From Candidatus Gottesmanbacteria bacterium UBA6580 (GTDB lineage: Bacteria; Patescibacteriota; Microgenomatia; UBA10105; UBA927), in assembly GCA_002433895.1 (NCBI GenBank), contig DJJA01000006.1:104630-168629 (forward strand): DNA of 64,000 nucleotides. The letters are read 5' to 3'. The translations under genes and the position numbers were made by a program. Shown in pieces: positions 1 to 8,574 of this stretch. The notes under the pieces were generated by a model. It was given only the letters and a program-made list of their open reading frames with translations. It was not told where the DNA came from and searched no databases. Position 1 is the stretch's first letter. Each line of letters starts with the position of its first letter.

Positions 1-1150
1 CCGGCAAAATGCCCGCCCCGCCGACAGACGCGGAAAGGATACCATACACCCTCCCCCGCATATCACCTTGCGCTTCTTTTTGCAGAATGGTGTTGGACGG
101 CACATCCAAGAGACTATTGGCAACTCCCAGCAAAAAAAACAACCCGAGTGCAATCGCCAACACTAACGGCCGCGGAGTAAGCGAAAACCATACGGTATTG
201 GCAACCGCAAATAACGAAGAGACAGTAATAAGAATAACCCCCGCCGATAGTACCCCAACGTTCATCAATTTTCCGTATGGAAACCGGTAACCCCGGTTAC
301 CCACCCATAACGCCCCGCAAAGTATACCGGCAATTGTAGGTCCCACGATTAAAAGCGACGCGTCGCGTACGTCTATTTGTAATACCGTATCGGCAAGTCC
401 TGGGCCCAATGTACCAAGTAACACCAGCATGATCTGCGTGCCAGTAAGTAACACGACTGCGTCCCGCAGCACTCTGGACCGCGCGACATACTGTATACCA
501 CCTTCCATGTTTGCCAAAAACCGTTTAATAATATAGAAAAAATCATAGTGAAAAATTTTACGGAGTGACTTAATACCTTCTCCCTGCGGCGGGATACCAA
601 ATACAGAAACCGCGGCGACGATATAAAGTAAAAATAGCAGTAAATGCGCGCCATCCCGACCGAGCCACCGGAGCACAGGCCCCGCGCTTATTAATCCTAT
701 TGCCATGCTGCTATAAAACGTAAATGAAAAAAGACTATTTGCCGACACTAAATGCGTTTTCGGCACGAACTGCGGAATAAGCGGCACTTCAGCGGGCATC
801 GTCATCTGATTTATCACCGCGTACGCAAATACAAATAGATACACGGCAGAAATCCGGTCACCAGAGGCATACACACCAACAATAAGCAGTGCCCGGACGA
901 CATGGGAAACCAACAGCACCGCCCTCCGGTCTAGCCGATCGACAATCGTTCCTGCCATGACCCCAAAAAGGAGCGAAGGCAATCCATACGCCAAAAATAA
1001 ACCCGACACCGCAACATTACTTCCGGTTGCCCGGTAAATAATAAGCGCCAGCAAAAACACCAACATATTACTGGAAAGCTGTGAGGCGATTTGCCCTATC
1101 CATAGGCGGCGGAATAATGTGTTTGACAATACATCCAACACCGGATCCAT
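1..1150 (-). CDS. MFS-family transporter, partial (C-terminus lies beyond window start)
   Basis: Manual translation of the minus strand gives an uninterrupted frame from ATG at 1150-1148 (alternative ATG at 1177) to nt 1. The N-terminus reads MDPVLDVLSNTLFRRLWIGQIASQ and continues through GLFLAYGLPSLLFGVMAGTIVDRLDRR, a typical MFS pattern. It is absent from the ORF track because no stop codon lies inside the window. Confidence 0.7.
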   Translation of the reverse strand, partial: MDPVLDVLSNTLFRRLWIGQIASQLSSNMLVFLLALIIYRATGSNVAVSGLFLAYGLPSLLFGVMAGTIVDRLDRRAVLLVSHVVRALLIVGVYASGDRISAVYLFVFAYAVINQMTMPAEVPLIPQFVPKTHLVSANSLFSFTFYSSMAIGLISAGPVLRWLGRDGAHLLLFLLYIVAAVSVFGIPPQGEGIKSLRKIFHYDFFYIIKRFLANMEGGIQYVARSRVLRDAVVLLTGTQIMLVLLGTLGPGLADTVLQIDVRDASLLIVGPTIAGILCGALWVGNRGYRFPYGKLMNVGVLSAGVILITVSSLFAVANTVWFSLTPRPLVLAIALGLFFLLGVANSLLDVPSNTILQKEAQGDMRGRVYGILSASVGGAGILP

Positions 1151-1229
1151 TTTTTTCGTGAGGTGTGTCACCTTCATACGCAAACGCTTCGGTTTTACAA
1201 CAACAACCATCTTATCATACAATACAATT

Positions 1230-1703
1230 ATGACTGCAACCGCACACGCATTGGTAGCCGGCGCCATCGCCGCGCGTTTTACGGATCCTATCACTGCGAG
1301 CCTCCTTGCCATCACCTCACACTACATCATGGATAGCATTCCCCACTGGGATTTCGGGACAAACTGGCGCGCCCGCCCCAAACACAAAACAGGATTATTT
1401 GCGATCAGTGAAACAAGCGTAGGATTAGGACTATCCTATTATTTTTTCGGGCAGTATCTCCCGTTTCCGCTCTGGGCAATTACGGTGGTTGCTGGCATAC
1501 TACCCGACTGGCTAGAGACCCCGTGGTATATATTTTTTGCCCACCAAAAAAAGCATGAACCCGCAAAAAATGCCGGCGCGCTCGAGTGGCTCGCGTATGC
1601 CTTTTATAAAGTGCCGAATGTGTTCCACGCCAAAGCACAACTTCCGCTTGGATTAGTAACACAAATAGTAACCGTGATATTTTTCCTTTTACTCCTGAAG
1701 TAG
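1230..1703 (+). CDS. YdjM/DUF457-like membrane-bound metal-dependent hydrolase
   Basis: The internal ATG at 1230 (MTATAHALVAGAI...) is divergent from the MFS gene. His/Asp motifs (SHYIMDSIPHWDFG) and multiple TM segments resemble the YdjM family. Confidence 0.5.
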   Translation: MTATAHALVAGAIAARFTDPITASLLAITSHYIMDSIPHWDFGTNWRARPKHKTGLFAISETSVGLGLSYYFFGQYLPFPLWAITVVAGILPDWLETPWYIFFAHQKKHEPAKNAGALEWLAYAFYKVPNVFHAKAQLPLGLVTQIVTVIFFLLLLK

Positions 1704-1704
1704 T

Positions 1705-2658
1705 TTACCGGCGCACCCTGATGAGACCTGAACACGGAAGAATCTTAATTCCCTTTTTCTCAAACGCGTCAAGCAATAAATTCATCCCTAAACTATCCGA
1801 ACTCATGTGTCCCGCGATAACGAGGTTTATATGATATTTCAGCGCTTCTTTACGGTGCTCTTCAGCAGCATGCATACCCACGACGGTGCCAACTCCCGCC
1901 ATCGCAAGTTTTTCATACACAATCGGTGAGGGTTCAGTGCCTCCGGTAAATTCGATAGGCGCGACCTTCCCTGCCCGGTTATGCGGATCTCCTGCAAAAA
2001 TCATGGGGCCGGCTTTCCCTTTTGTGGCTTCTTTGTATTCCGGTTCTTTTTTCAGGACATCTAACACATCACCCACGGTTTCCGGCTTCGCCTTTTCAAA
2101 TAACTTCTCCATATATTCATGCACCAAATTGTCAGTCACCGTATGCATACCCATAAACGCCAAGCCTAACAGCCGGGCTGCGTCAATTGCCTCCGCGTGG
2201 TTTACGGGAGAAAATCTGCGCTGCACCTCGCGGATACGTTCATGCATCACTCCCTCGGCGATATTTATCGGAACTCCGTATTTTGCCCAAATATCTGCCT
2301 GCACATCCATAACCTCATGCAGTGACGCCAGTGATGCCCCTTCCGGATGATGTGTCAGCAACAAGTCGATGCTTTCACCTTTTTGATTGAGACGGTCTGC
2401 CAGCAAGACTTCAGCGGCATTAATATCGATGCCTGCCATAATGGAATCTACTTCCATATCGGGATCGCCCCAGAATATCCGGGAGTCGGTGTAGGGGTTC
2501 GTAAGATCTTCTGTATCAAATTCTTCTTTTTTGGATTTTGGAAGCTCGTCGTAGGCTTTTTTACGGCGCGCCAAAAGCTTTGCTACTCCATCTTTTCCAC
2601 GGGGATCAGCCGCTATACCCATCGTCACCGCCAGTGCATACAAATCTTTTAGTTTCAT
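1705..2658 (-). CDS. Nif3-family (GTP cyclohydrolase 1 type 2 homolog) dinuclear metal center protein
   Basis: A 317-aa ORF with the LLLTHHPEG motif and Nif3-like conserved His/Glu positions. Confidence 0.55.
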   Translation of the reverse strand: MKLKDLYALAVTMGIAADPRGKDGVAKLLARRKKAYDELPKSKKEEFDTEDLTNPYTDSRIFWGDPDMEVDSIMAGIDINAAEVLLADRLNQKGESIDLLLTHHPEGASLASLHEVMDVQADIWAKYGVPINIAEGVMHERIREVQRRFSPVNHAEAIDAARLLGLAFMGMHTVTDNLVHEYMEKLFEKAKPETVGDVLDVLKKEPEYKEATKGKAGPMIFAGDPHNRAGKVAPIEFTGGTEPSPIVYEKLAMAGVGTVVGMHAAEEHRKEALKYHINLVIAGHMSSDSLGMNLLLDAFEKKGIKILPCSGLIRVRR

Positions 2659-2685
2659 ATGTTCAAACTATACCATATTTTACGC

Positions 2686-2773
2686 TGGTGCCGAGGAGAG
2701 GAGTCGAACCTCCACGAGGAATTACCCTCACAGGTTTTTGAGACCTGAGCGTCTGCCATTCCGCCACCTCGGC
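2686..2773 (-). tRNA. tRNA-Leu (anticodon CAA), class II with long variable arm, CCA encoded
   Basis: The reverse complement reads GCCGAGGUGGCGGAAUGGCAGACGCUCAGGUCUCAAAAACCUGUGAGGGUAAUUCCUCGUGGAGGUUCGACUCCUCUCCUCGGCACCA. It has a cloverleaf, a GGUUCGACUCC T-arm and anticodon loop CUCAAAA. Confidence 0.85.
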
Positions 2774-2875
2774 AATATGCGTGTATTACAATGTTGTGAC
2801 CCAGGGCATTCAGTAGGAGCGCCCTGGCAACAATGAAGACTATTATAGCGTAAAAACGTGATAAGAAGGAATACG

Positions 2876-4228
2876 TCAGTGAACCGCGGGTGGTACTGAA
2901 TCGGCATGTTGCCGCTCGACGGAGTAAAACCGGATACGGTCTCCACGGAAAATAAGGTCTATTTCTGCAAGTGGTCCGTTACGGTGTTTCGCGATGCGGA
3001 GCTTCGTTGCAATCTGCTCGCCCCACATGCTTTGATCGGTTTCTTCACGGTACAAAAACATAACAACGTCAGCATCCTGTTCGATCGAGCCGGACTCCCG
3101 CAAATCTGATAGTTCAGGCACTTTATTGCCCCGCGCTTCGACCGCCCGGGAAAGTTGTGAACACGCAAGTACGGGAATACGGAGCTCGCGCGCGAGATTT
3201 TTCAGATTTTGGGAAATAACTGATACTTCCTGCACCCGGTTATCCAACTTCCGCCCCGGATCACAAAGCTGCAGGTAGTCAACGATAATGAGCTTTACCC
3301 CGTGCTCCACCTGAAGCCTTCGTGCTTTTGTGCGCATTTCGATGATATTCATACCGGGCGTGTCGTCAATAAAAAGCGGCGCTTCGGCAAGCTCACCCAT
3401 CGCGTCGGATAACTTGGTGAAATCATCGTCGGTAAGTTTACCGGTCTTGAGACGCCACGCGTCGATATCTGCCTGACTTACCAATAAACGGTCTACCAAT
3501 TCTTCCTTGCTCATTTCGAGTGAAAAGATACCGGTCGGTATTTTTTCTTTTACCGTGGCGTGCTGCGCCATGTTGAGGATCATCGCTGTTTTGCCGGTTC
3601 CCGGGCGGGCGGCAAGAATAATAAGGTTTGCGTCCTGCATACCGGCGAGTTTCGTATCCAACTCAGTAAAACCGGTGGGTACACCGCGAAGTCCCCCTGC
3701 CCGCTTATGTAACTCATCCAACCGGTCAAACGATGCCGCGAGCGCGTCTTTGATCGGGATAAAATCCCGCCGCGTGGTGGACTGGGCGATCGCGAATATT
3801 TCCATTTCGGCTTCGTTGACGATAGACTGAGAACCTCCTTCGTCCCGAAATGCCATCTCAGTTATTTTTGCCGCGGCCTCGACAAGCTTCCGTTTCGTCG
3901 CGTGCTCGACAATAATCCGCGCGTACTGCTCCGCGTGGGCACTCGTCGGCACGACGTTGACTAAATCAGATAAATATGCGGGTCCGCCGATATCTTTTAT
4001 CGCACCCTTTTGCTTTAGCTGAGCGGCCACCGTCACCACATCAATGGGCTCGTGTAATTCGTATAACTCCATCATGGATTCAAATACCAACGCGTTTGAC
4101 GGGGAATAAAAATGATGCGGACGCAAAAATTCCGCAACGTCAATCATCGTGTCTTTATCGATAAGTATCGCCCCGAGTACCGACTGTTCGGCGACATCAT
4201 CGTGTGGAGGAACTTTAGGACTCGTCAT
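2876..4228 (-). CDS. dnaB: replicative DNA helicase DnaB
   Basis: A 450-aa ORF with Walker A ARPGTGKTA, the DnaB N-terminal SVLGAIL motif and a RecA-like C-domain. It ends with a TGA stop. Confidence 0.95.
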   Translation of the reverse strand: MTSPKVPPHDDVAEQSVLGAILIDKDTMIDVAEFLRPHHFYSPSNALVFESMMELYELHEPIDVVTVAAQLKQKGAIKDIGGPAYLSDLVNVVPTSAHAEQYARIIVEHATKRKLVEAAAKITEMAFRDEGGSQSIVNEAEMEIFAIAQSTTRRDFIPIKDALAASFDRLDELHKRAGGLRGVPTGFTELDTKLAGMQDANLIILAARPGTGKTAMILNMAQHATVKEKIPTGIFSLEMSKEELVDRLLVSQADIDAWRLKTGKLTDDDFTKLSDAMGELAEAPLFIDDTPGMNIIEMRTKARRLQVEHGVKLIIVDYLQLCDPGRKLDNRVQEVSVISQNLKNLARELRIPVLACSQLSRAVEARGNKVPELSDLRESGSIEQDADVVMFLYREETDQSMWGEQIATKLRIAKHRNGPLAEIDLIFRGDRIRFYSVERQHADSVPPAVH

Positions 4229-4866
4229 GATGCTTGTAGTACGACTACTTGCTTTTCGGTAGGTAATTTATCTTTACTCACGGTTAATTTCGGAACCGGC
4301 ACGGCTTCTTCTTTCCCGATGTGCTTTAAGAACACTGAAACCGGAGCCAGGTCCTTGTTATAGGTATCGGTACCGTAATGCATCGGAATAATAATACGCG
4401 GGTCAATATCTGAAATAATTTGTGCTGCTTTTTCCGCGTCAATAGTATATACGCCGCCAACGGGAACAAACAGGACATCCACGCCATCGATCACATCAAC
4501 CTGAGCGGATGAAAGCACATGTCCGATATCACCCAAATGCGCGAACCGTACACCGTCCAGTTCAATGCGGTACATGGTATTACGGCCGCGCTCTTCCCCA
4601 TTTTTTTCATCATGAAATGACGAAACACCAATAACCGAAATACCTTTTATTTCATACTCACCCGGTCCTTGTACGATAAACGGCGAGCCACCAATGAGAT
4701 GTGCCGCATTGTGATCCGGATGTGCATGGGAGATCGTTACGATTTCAGCGTCAATATGCTTGGGGAATTTAATCCCCACCTGTTTTTCATCGTAGGGATC
4801 AGTGACGAGAGTTGCCTGTTTACCACGAAGTTTAAAACTCGCATGACCCAAAGGAAGTATTTCCAT
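4225..4866 (-). CDS. metallo-beta-lactamase-fold metal-dependent hydrolase (UPF0173-like)
   Basis: HAHPDH motif. There is a 4-nt ATGA overlap with dnaB. Confidence 0.7.
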   Translation of the reverse strand: MEILPLGHASFKLRGKQATLVTDPYDEKQVGIKFPKHIDAEIVTISHAHPDHNAAHLIGGSPFIVQGPGEYEIKGISVIGVSSFHDEKNGEERGRNTMYRIELDGVRFAHLGDIGHVLSSAQVDVIDGVDVLFVPVGGVYTIDAEKAAQIISDIDPRIIIPMHYGTDTYNKDLAPVSVFLKHIGKEEAVPVPKLTVSKDKLPTEKQVVVLQAS

Positions 4867-4989
4867 AGTAGTTGCATTTTATATCAGATTTAAGTATCCT
4901 AAGCAACATCCCCCTGCGCTATAAGCCACAGGGATCACTGCCCCAATTCTATTTGCTATTATTTATACGAATGTCATTCCAAACAATTA

Positions 4990-5445
4990 ATGAATAAAGA
5001 CGCAATTCTTGCGACAGTCATAGGGTTTGGTGTCGGGCTCATCATTGCAGCCTTGGTTTTTTTGGGACCAACCCTATTTAAAAACTTTCCGCAAATCCAC
5101 CTCCCTGATATCGGGGCAATGATTTCGAATTTCCAAAACGGCAACAATGCCATTAAACCCGCACCAACACCAAAGCCCGGTGATACACTCACCATCCAAA
5201 GCCCACTTCCTGACGCTATCGAGCCACAAAACGAAGCGCTTATCTCGGGGACCGCTGCGCCAAACGCATTAATCGTTATAGAAGGTGAAGCCACAGAAAA
5301 TGTCGTTGTCGCAAACGCATCCGGGTCCTTCGCCGGGAAAATAGCCCTTGGCGAAGGGAAAAATGAAATTCAGGTAACCAGCCATCTCAAGGACGTGACA
5401 CAGACACAGTCGGTGACGGTATATTACACGCCGGAAGATTTCTAA
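4990..5445 (+). CDS. hypothetical membrane-anchored protein
   Basis: N-terminal TM helix followed by a Pro/Thr linker and a beta-rich domain. No recognisable family. Confidence 0.4.
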   Translation: MNKDAILATVIGFGVGLIIAALVFLGPTLFKNFPQIHLPDIGAMISNFQNGNNAIKPAPTPKPGDTLTIQSPLPDAIEPQNEALISGTAAPNALIVIEGEATENVVVANASGSFAGKIALGEGKNEIQVTSHLKDVTQTQSVTVYYTPEDF

Positions 5446-5453
5446 ATAAACAT

Positions 5454-6248
5454 ATGAAAAAACAATCCTTACTCACCGGTCTTGCCATTCTTACACTCGC
5501 GGTACTTCCGGTAAACCACGTGGCCGCGCAGACAGCAACGCCGAGCGCAACCCCGACCGCCGCAAGCGCCCAGCTAGAAGAATTGAAAGTGCGCTTAGCC
5601 ACTAAAGTTGCGGAACTCAGGTCGGTCGTCAAACGCGCTATGTATGGCACCGTTAAGTCCGTGACGCTGACGTCCGCGACCGTTGAAACAAAAACAAAAG
5701 ACATAAAAATTGAACTTACCGATGACGTAACCATTTCCCAGGTGGTCGGCGGCAAGCGCGTCAACCTTGACGCCGAGGATCTGGCGGCGGACGACCCCAT
5801 CACCGTATTTGGTACCTATGATGAAACGCTTGACCTTCTCAAAGCGCAATATATATTTATTGAGAGCGCCACATCATATACCAGGATCGCCGGTATTGTC
5901 GTGGATGTAGACGATGAAGACTTTGTACTTACCGTCAACACATCTGAAGGAAAAACCATGCTTGTTGATATCGAAAAGACGACCAAAACCTCAGAATGGA
6001 CCCGTGAAAATGGTATTGCTAAAAGCGGATTTTCGAAACTTACCGTCGGAGACACTGTGCATATAACCGGCACCCCGGCAGCAAAAGAAGACAACCGTCT
6101 GTCCGCAGTACGGATACTTAATCTCGGTAACATCACGGGATCTGCTGGTACCCCAACGGCAACCACGGCAGTAACGCCTACGGCGTCTGCCTCTGCCACG
6201 CCCCGAGCGACTCCCCGCCCAACCGCGGTACCCACCGCCACACCATAA
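5454..6248 (+). CDS. secreted hypothetical protein with Thr/Pro-rich C-terminal tail
   Basis: Signal peptide MKKQSLLTGLAILTLAVLPVNHVAAQ. The C-terminus is a low-complexity TPTATP repeat. Confidence 0.5.
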   Translation: MKKQSLLTGLAILTLAVLPVNHVAAQTATPSATPTAASAQLEELKVRLATKVAELRSVVKRAMYGTVKSVTLTSATVETKTKDIKIELTDDVTISQVVGGKRVNLDAEDLAADDPITVFGTYDETLDLLKAQYIFIESATSYTRIAGIVVDVDDEDFVLTVNTSEGKTMLVDIEKTTKTSEWTRENGIAKSGFSKLTVGDTVHITGTPAAKEDNRLSAVRILNLGNITGSAGTPTATTAVTPTASASATPRATPRPTAVPTATP

Positions 6249-6294
6249 AATTGCCACATCATACTTGGGAATTTTTCACGGTATAATAGGTTTC

Positions 6295-7362
6295 ATGCGG
6301 TCTGTTGTGCTTACTGACACCGACGGATTATTTGTTACCAATCCAACCAACGTCCGTTATCTCACGGGCTTTCGCGGGGTCAGTCCCGAAGAACGGGAGG
6401 CATATGCGCTTGTCACCACAGATACAATCTATCTCTTTACCAGTGCGCTTTACCGGGAAACCGCGAAGCAGTTTTCTGGAGTACATCAAAAAGCCATTGA
6501 AATAAGCTACGATCATCCGATAACTGCTGCGTTATCTGAAGTGTGCGACAAGACACGTATCAAAACAGTTGGCTTTGAAGAAACAAATCTGACGGTCTGG
6601 GAGTTTCAAACGCTCAAGCAGTCACTTCCGGGTATCACCCTTACCCCGACACATGGCAGAGTTGAAGCGCTCCGGCAAATGAAAAATACGGAAGAACTAA
6701 AGAGTACGAGACTGGCCGCGTCGTTAACCGACCGGTGTTTTGCCTATATAAAACAACGGCTTAAGCCCGGGATAACGGAAGGTAAACTCGCGTGGGAAAT
6801 TGAAAACTTCTTGAATTTTAAGGCAGGGGGCAACGCATTCTCCCCGATTGTCGCGTTTAATGAACACAGTGCCATGCCCCACTATCATGAACGGGGCAAC
6901 AATCCTCTACGCAAAGGCTCACTTGTCCTATTGGATTTTGGGGCAAAGATAAACGGTTATTGTGCTGATATGACGCGGGTGGTATTTCTGGGGACACCCA
7001 AAGACGCGTGGGTCAGTACGTATACTACCGTGCTGGCGGCCAACGAAAAAGCACTGGCCCTTCTCAAAAACGGTGAGCGTAACGGCGCAACACTCGATGC
7101 CGTCGCACGCGAAGTGATCGCTGGTGCAAACCTTCCGGTCTACCCGCACTCCCTGGGACACGCAGTTGGTCTCGAAATCCACGAGGCTCCCCGCCTCACC
7201 ATAAAGAAAGCAGAAACCCTCAAGCCGGGCATGATTGTCACGGTTGAGCCGGGGGTGTATGTTGAGGGCACATATGGCATCAGAATTGAAGATTTAATAC
7301 ATATTAACGCAAACAGCATAGAACTGCTTTCGAAAAGCACGAAAGAAATCACCATTCTCTGA
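6295..7362 (+). CDS. Xaa-Pro aminopeptidase / M24 family peptidase
   Basis: M24 metal-ligand motifs (HSLGHAVGLEIHE, VEPGVY, IRIEDLI). The ORF track starts at a TTG; the ATG at 6295 is preferred. Confidence 0.8.
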   Translation: MRSVVLTDTDGLFVTNPTNVRYLTGFRGVSPEEREAYALVTTDTIYLFTSALYRETAKQFSGVHQKAIEISYDHPITAALSEVCDKTRIKTVGFEETNLTVWEFQTLKQSLPGITLTPTHGRVEALRQMKNTEELKSTRLAASLTDRCFAYIKQRLKPGITEGKLAWEIENFLNFKAGGNAFSPIVAFNEHSAMPHYHERGNNPLRKGSLVLLDFGAKINGYCADMTRVVFLGTPKDAWVSTYTTVLAANEKALALLKNGERNGATLDAVAREVIAGANLPVYPHSLGHAVGLEIHEAPRLTIKKAETLKPGMIVTVEPGVYVEGTYGIRIEDLIHINANSIELLSKSTKEITIL

Positions 7363-7363
7363 T

Positions 7364-7392
7364 TTGACAACCTCACAGCAGTTATCTATACT
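7364..7392 (+). promoter_or_regulatory. sigma70-like promoter: TTGACA, 17-nt spacer, TATACT
   Basis: TTGACA at 7364-7369 and TATACT at 7387-7392 with exactly 17 nt between them. It lies immediately after the peptidase stop codon. Confidence 0.5.
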
Positions 7393-7402
7393 ACAGGATA
7401 CT

Positions 7403-7471
7403 ATGAATATCGCGCGTGTTACCGTTTGGTACCATACCCACCCACACATCGGGCGGGTTTCCATGCGATAA
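7403..7471 (+). promoter_or_regulatory. candidate 22-aa leader peptide ORF (MNIARVTVWYHTHPHIGRVSMR) with three His codons
   Basis: ATG at 7403 is preceded by AGGA. His codons lie at 7433, 7439 and 7445 inside a CCCACCC segment. The ORF lies between the promoter and the terminator and ends at TAA 7469-7471. Confidence 0.35.
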
Positions 7472-7499
7472 AATACGTACACAACGCAAGGAATTGATA

Positions 7500-7524
7500 C
7501 CCGCCACATGGCGGGTTTATTTAT
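7500..7524 (+). terminator. intrinsic terminator hairpin CCCGCC-ACAU-GGCGGG plus UUUAUUUAU
   Basis: A perfect 6-bp GC stem followed by a U-tract, 13 nt upstream of the hisC-like start codon. Confidence 0.6.
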
Positions 7525-7536
7525 GGAAAAAACACT

Positions 7537-8574
7537 ATGAAATTACCACAAGCATATGCAACAGGAGTCAGAAAACGGGCTATAGACATGACCCTGAGCG
7601 TCAATCCTTTAGGGTGCTCTCCCCGTGCACTCCGCGCTTTACGGTCAATGAACATAAAGAGTATACGCACCTATCCTGACCAAACCTCGTTAAAAACGGC
7701 CGTCGCAAAGACATTTAATGTCAACACTGACAATATTCTCTTGGGGGTAGGATCAGAACAGCTTATTAAGCTGGTGAGTTGCGCGTTTCTTTCACGCGGC
7801 ACTACCGCAGCTATCGAGTCGGGCTCGTTTTTCCTGTTCTCACGGGAACCATTACTCGCGGGAGCGACAAACGTATTTTTTGATTTTAAAAATCCGCCGA
7901 CACTCCGCCGAAAGCCGGATATCCTATTTATCGCCAATCCGACAACGCCGGGAGGTCTTGACCGGACAAATGCCGATATCCTGCGTGTTATCGAGATCAT
8001 CAAACCAAAGATAGCGGTGATTGATGAAGCAAACGGTGAGTTCAGAAGTGATACGCTCATATCCGAACTACCGAAACGCCCAAATCTGGTTGTACTCCGC
8101 ACCTTCTCCAAAGCGCTCGGACTCGCCGGGCTACGGATCGGCATGGCTTTCGGCAGTGCAAAAAACATTGCCGCAATGGGTGAATTTCAGCAGCCATTCC
8201 CCGTCTCATCGGTCGCGCTGATTGCGGCAGAAGCGGCGCTTCGTGATACCGCATTCCTTCAGAGGACAAAACAGTTTATCGTTGCCGAACGTGGGTTTCT
8301 TACGGGCGAGTTGATCAAGCGGGGTTTCCGGGTATCCCCATCGATAACCAATAATCTTTTTGTGTCGAGAGCAGATAATAAACAAATCATCCGTGCGCTT
8401 GCCGCCAAAGATGTGAGTGTCATAGACGGTGCATTTTTTCCGGACAACCAACAGCGTGGATTTCGGATATCGCTCCGTGACAAAAAAACAAACCGGAAAT
8501 TTCTCGCCCGGTTAGATGAAGTACTTGCTTGTCTCGCTCCCAATAAATTGTTACGATCAAAGGAGGCTATATGA
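7537..8574 (+). CDS. class I/II aminotransferase, histidinol-phosphate aminotransferase-like
   Basis: HisC-family PLP lysine context (RTFSKALGLAGLRIGMAFG). Its 3' end overlaps hisS by 4 nt. Confidence 0.7.
   Translation: MKLPQAYATGVRKRAIDMTLSVNPLGCSPRALRALRSMNIKSIRTYPDQTSLKTAVAKTFNVNTDNILLGVGSEQLIKLVSCAFLSRGTTAAIESGSFFLFSREPLLAGATNVFFDFKNPPTLRRKPDILFIANPTTPGGLDRTNADILRVIEIIKPKIAVIDEANGEFRSDTLISELPKRPNLVVLRTFSKALGLAGLRIGMAFGSAKNIAAMGEFQQPFPVSSVALIAAEAALRDTAFLQRTKQFIVAERGFLTGELIKRGFRVSPSITNNLFVSRADNKQIIRALAAKDVSVIDGAFFPDNQQRGFRISLRDKKTNRKFLARLDEVLACLAPNKLLRSKEAI

Noticed and set aside
9-290. 93-aa plus-strand ORF at the window start
   Set aside because: It is fully overlapped by the uninterrupted minus-strand MFS transporter frame, which has clear family features.
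1886-2652. Plus-strand ORFs (154 aa, 101 aa) inside the Nif3-like gene; similar antisense ORFs inside dnaB, ahcY and dnaX
   Set aside because: All lie within longer ORFs with clear conserved motifs on the opposite strand. They are typical GC-driven shadow ORFs.
7416-7679. 87-aa ORF spanning the hisC leader region
   Set aside because: It overlaps the promoter, terminator and the start of the hisC-like gene in another frame and has no ribosome-binding site or conserved features. The 22-codon leader ORF and the non-coding structure explain the region better.
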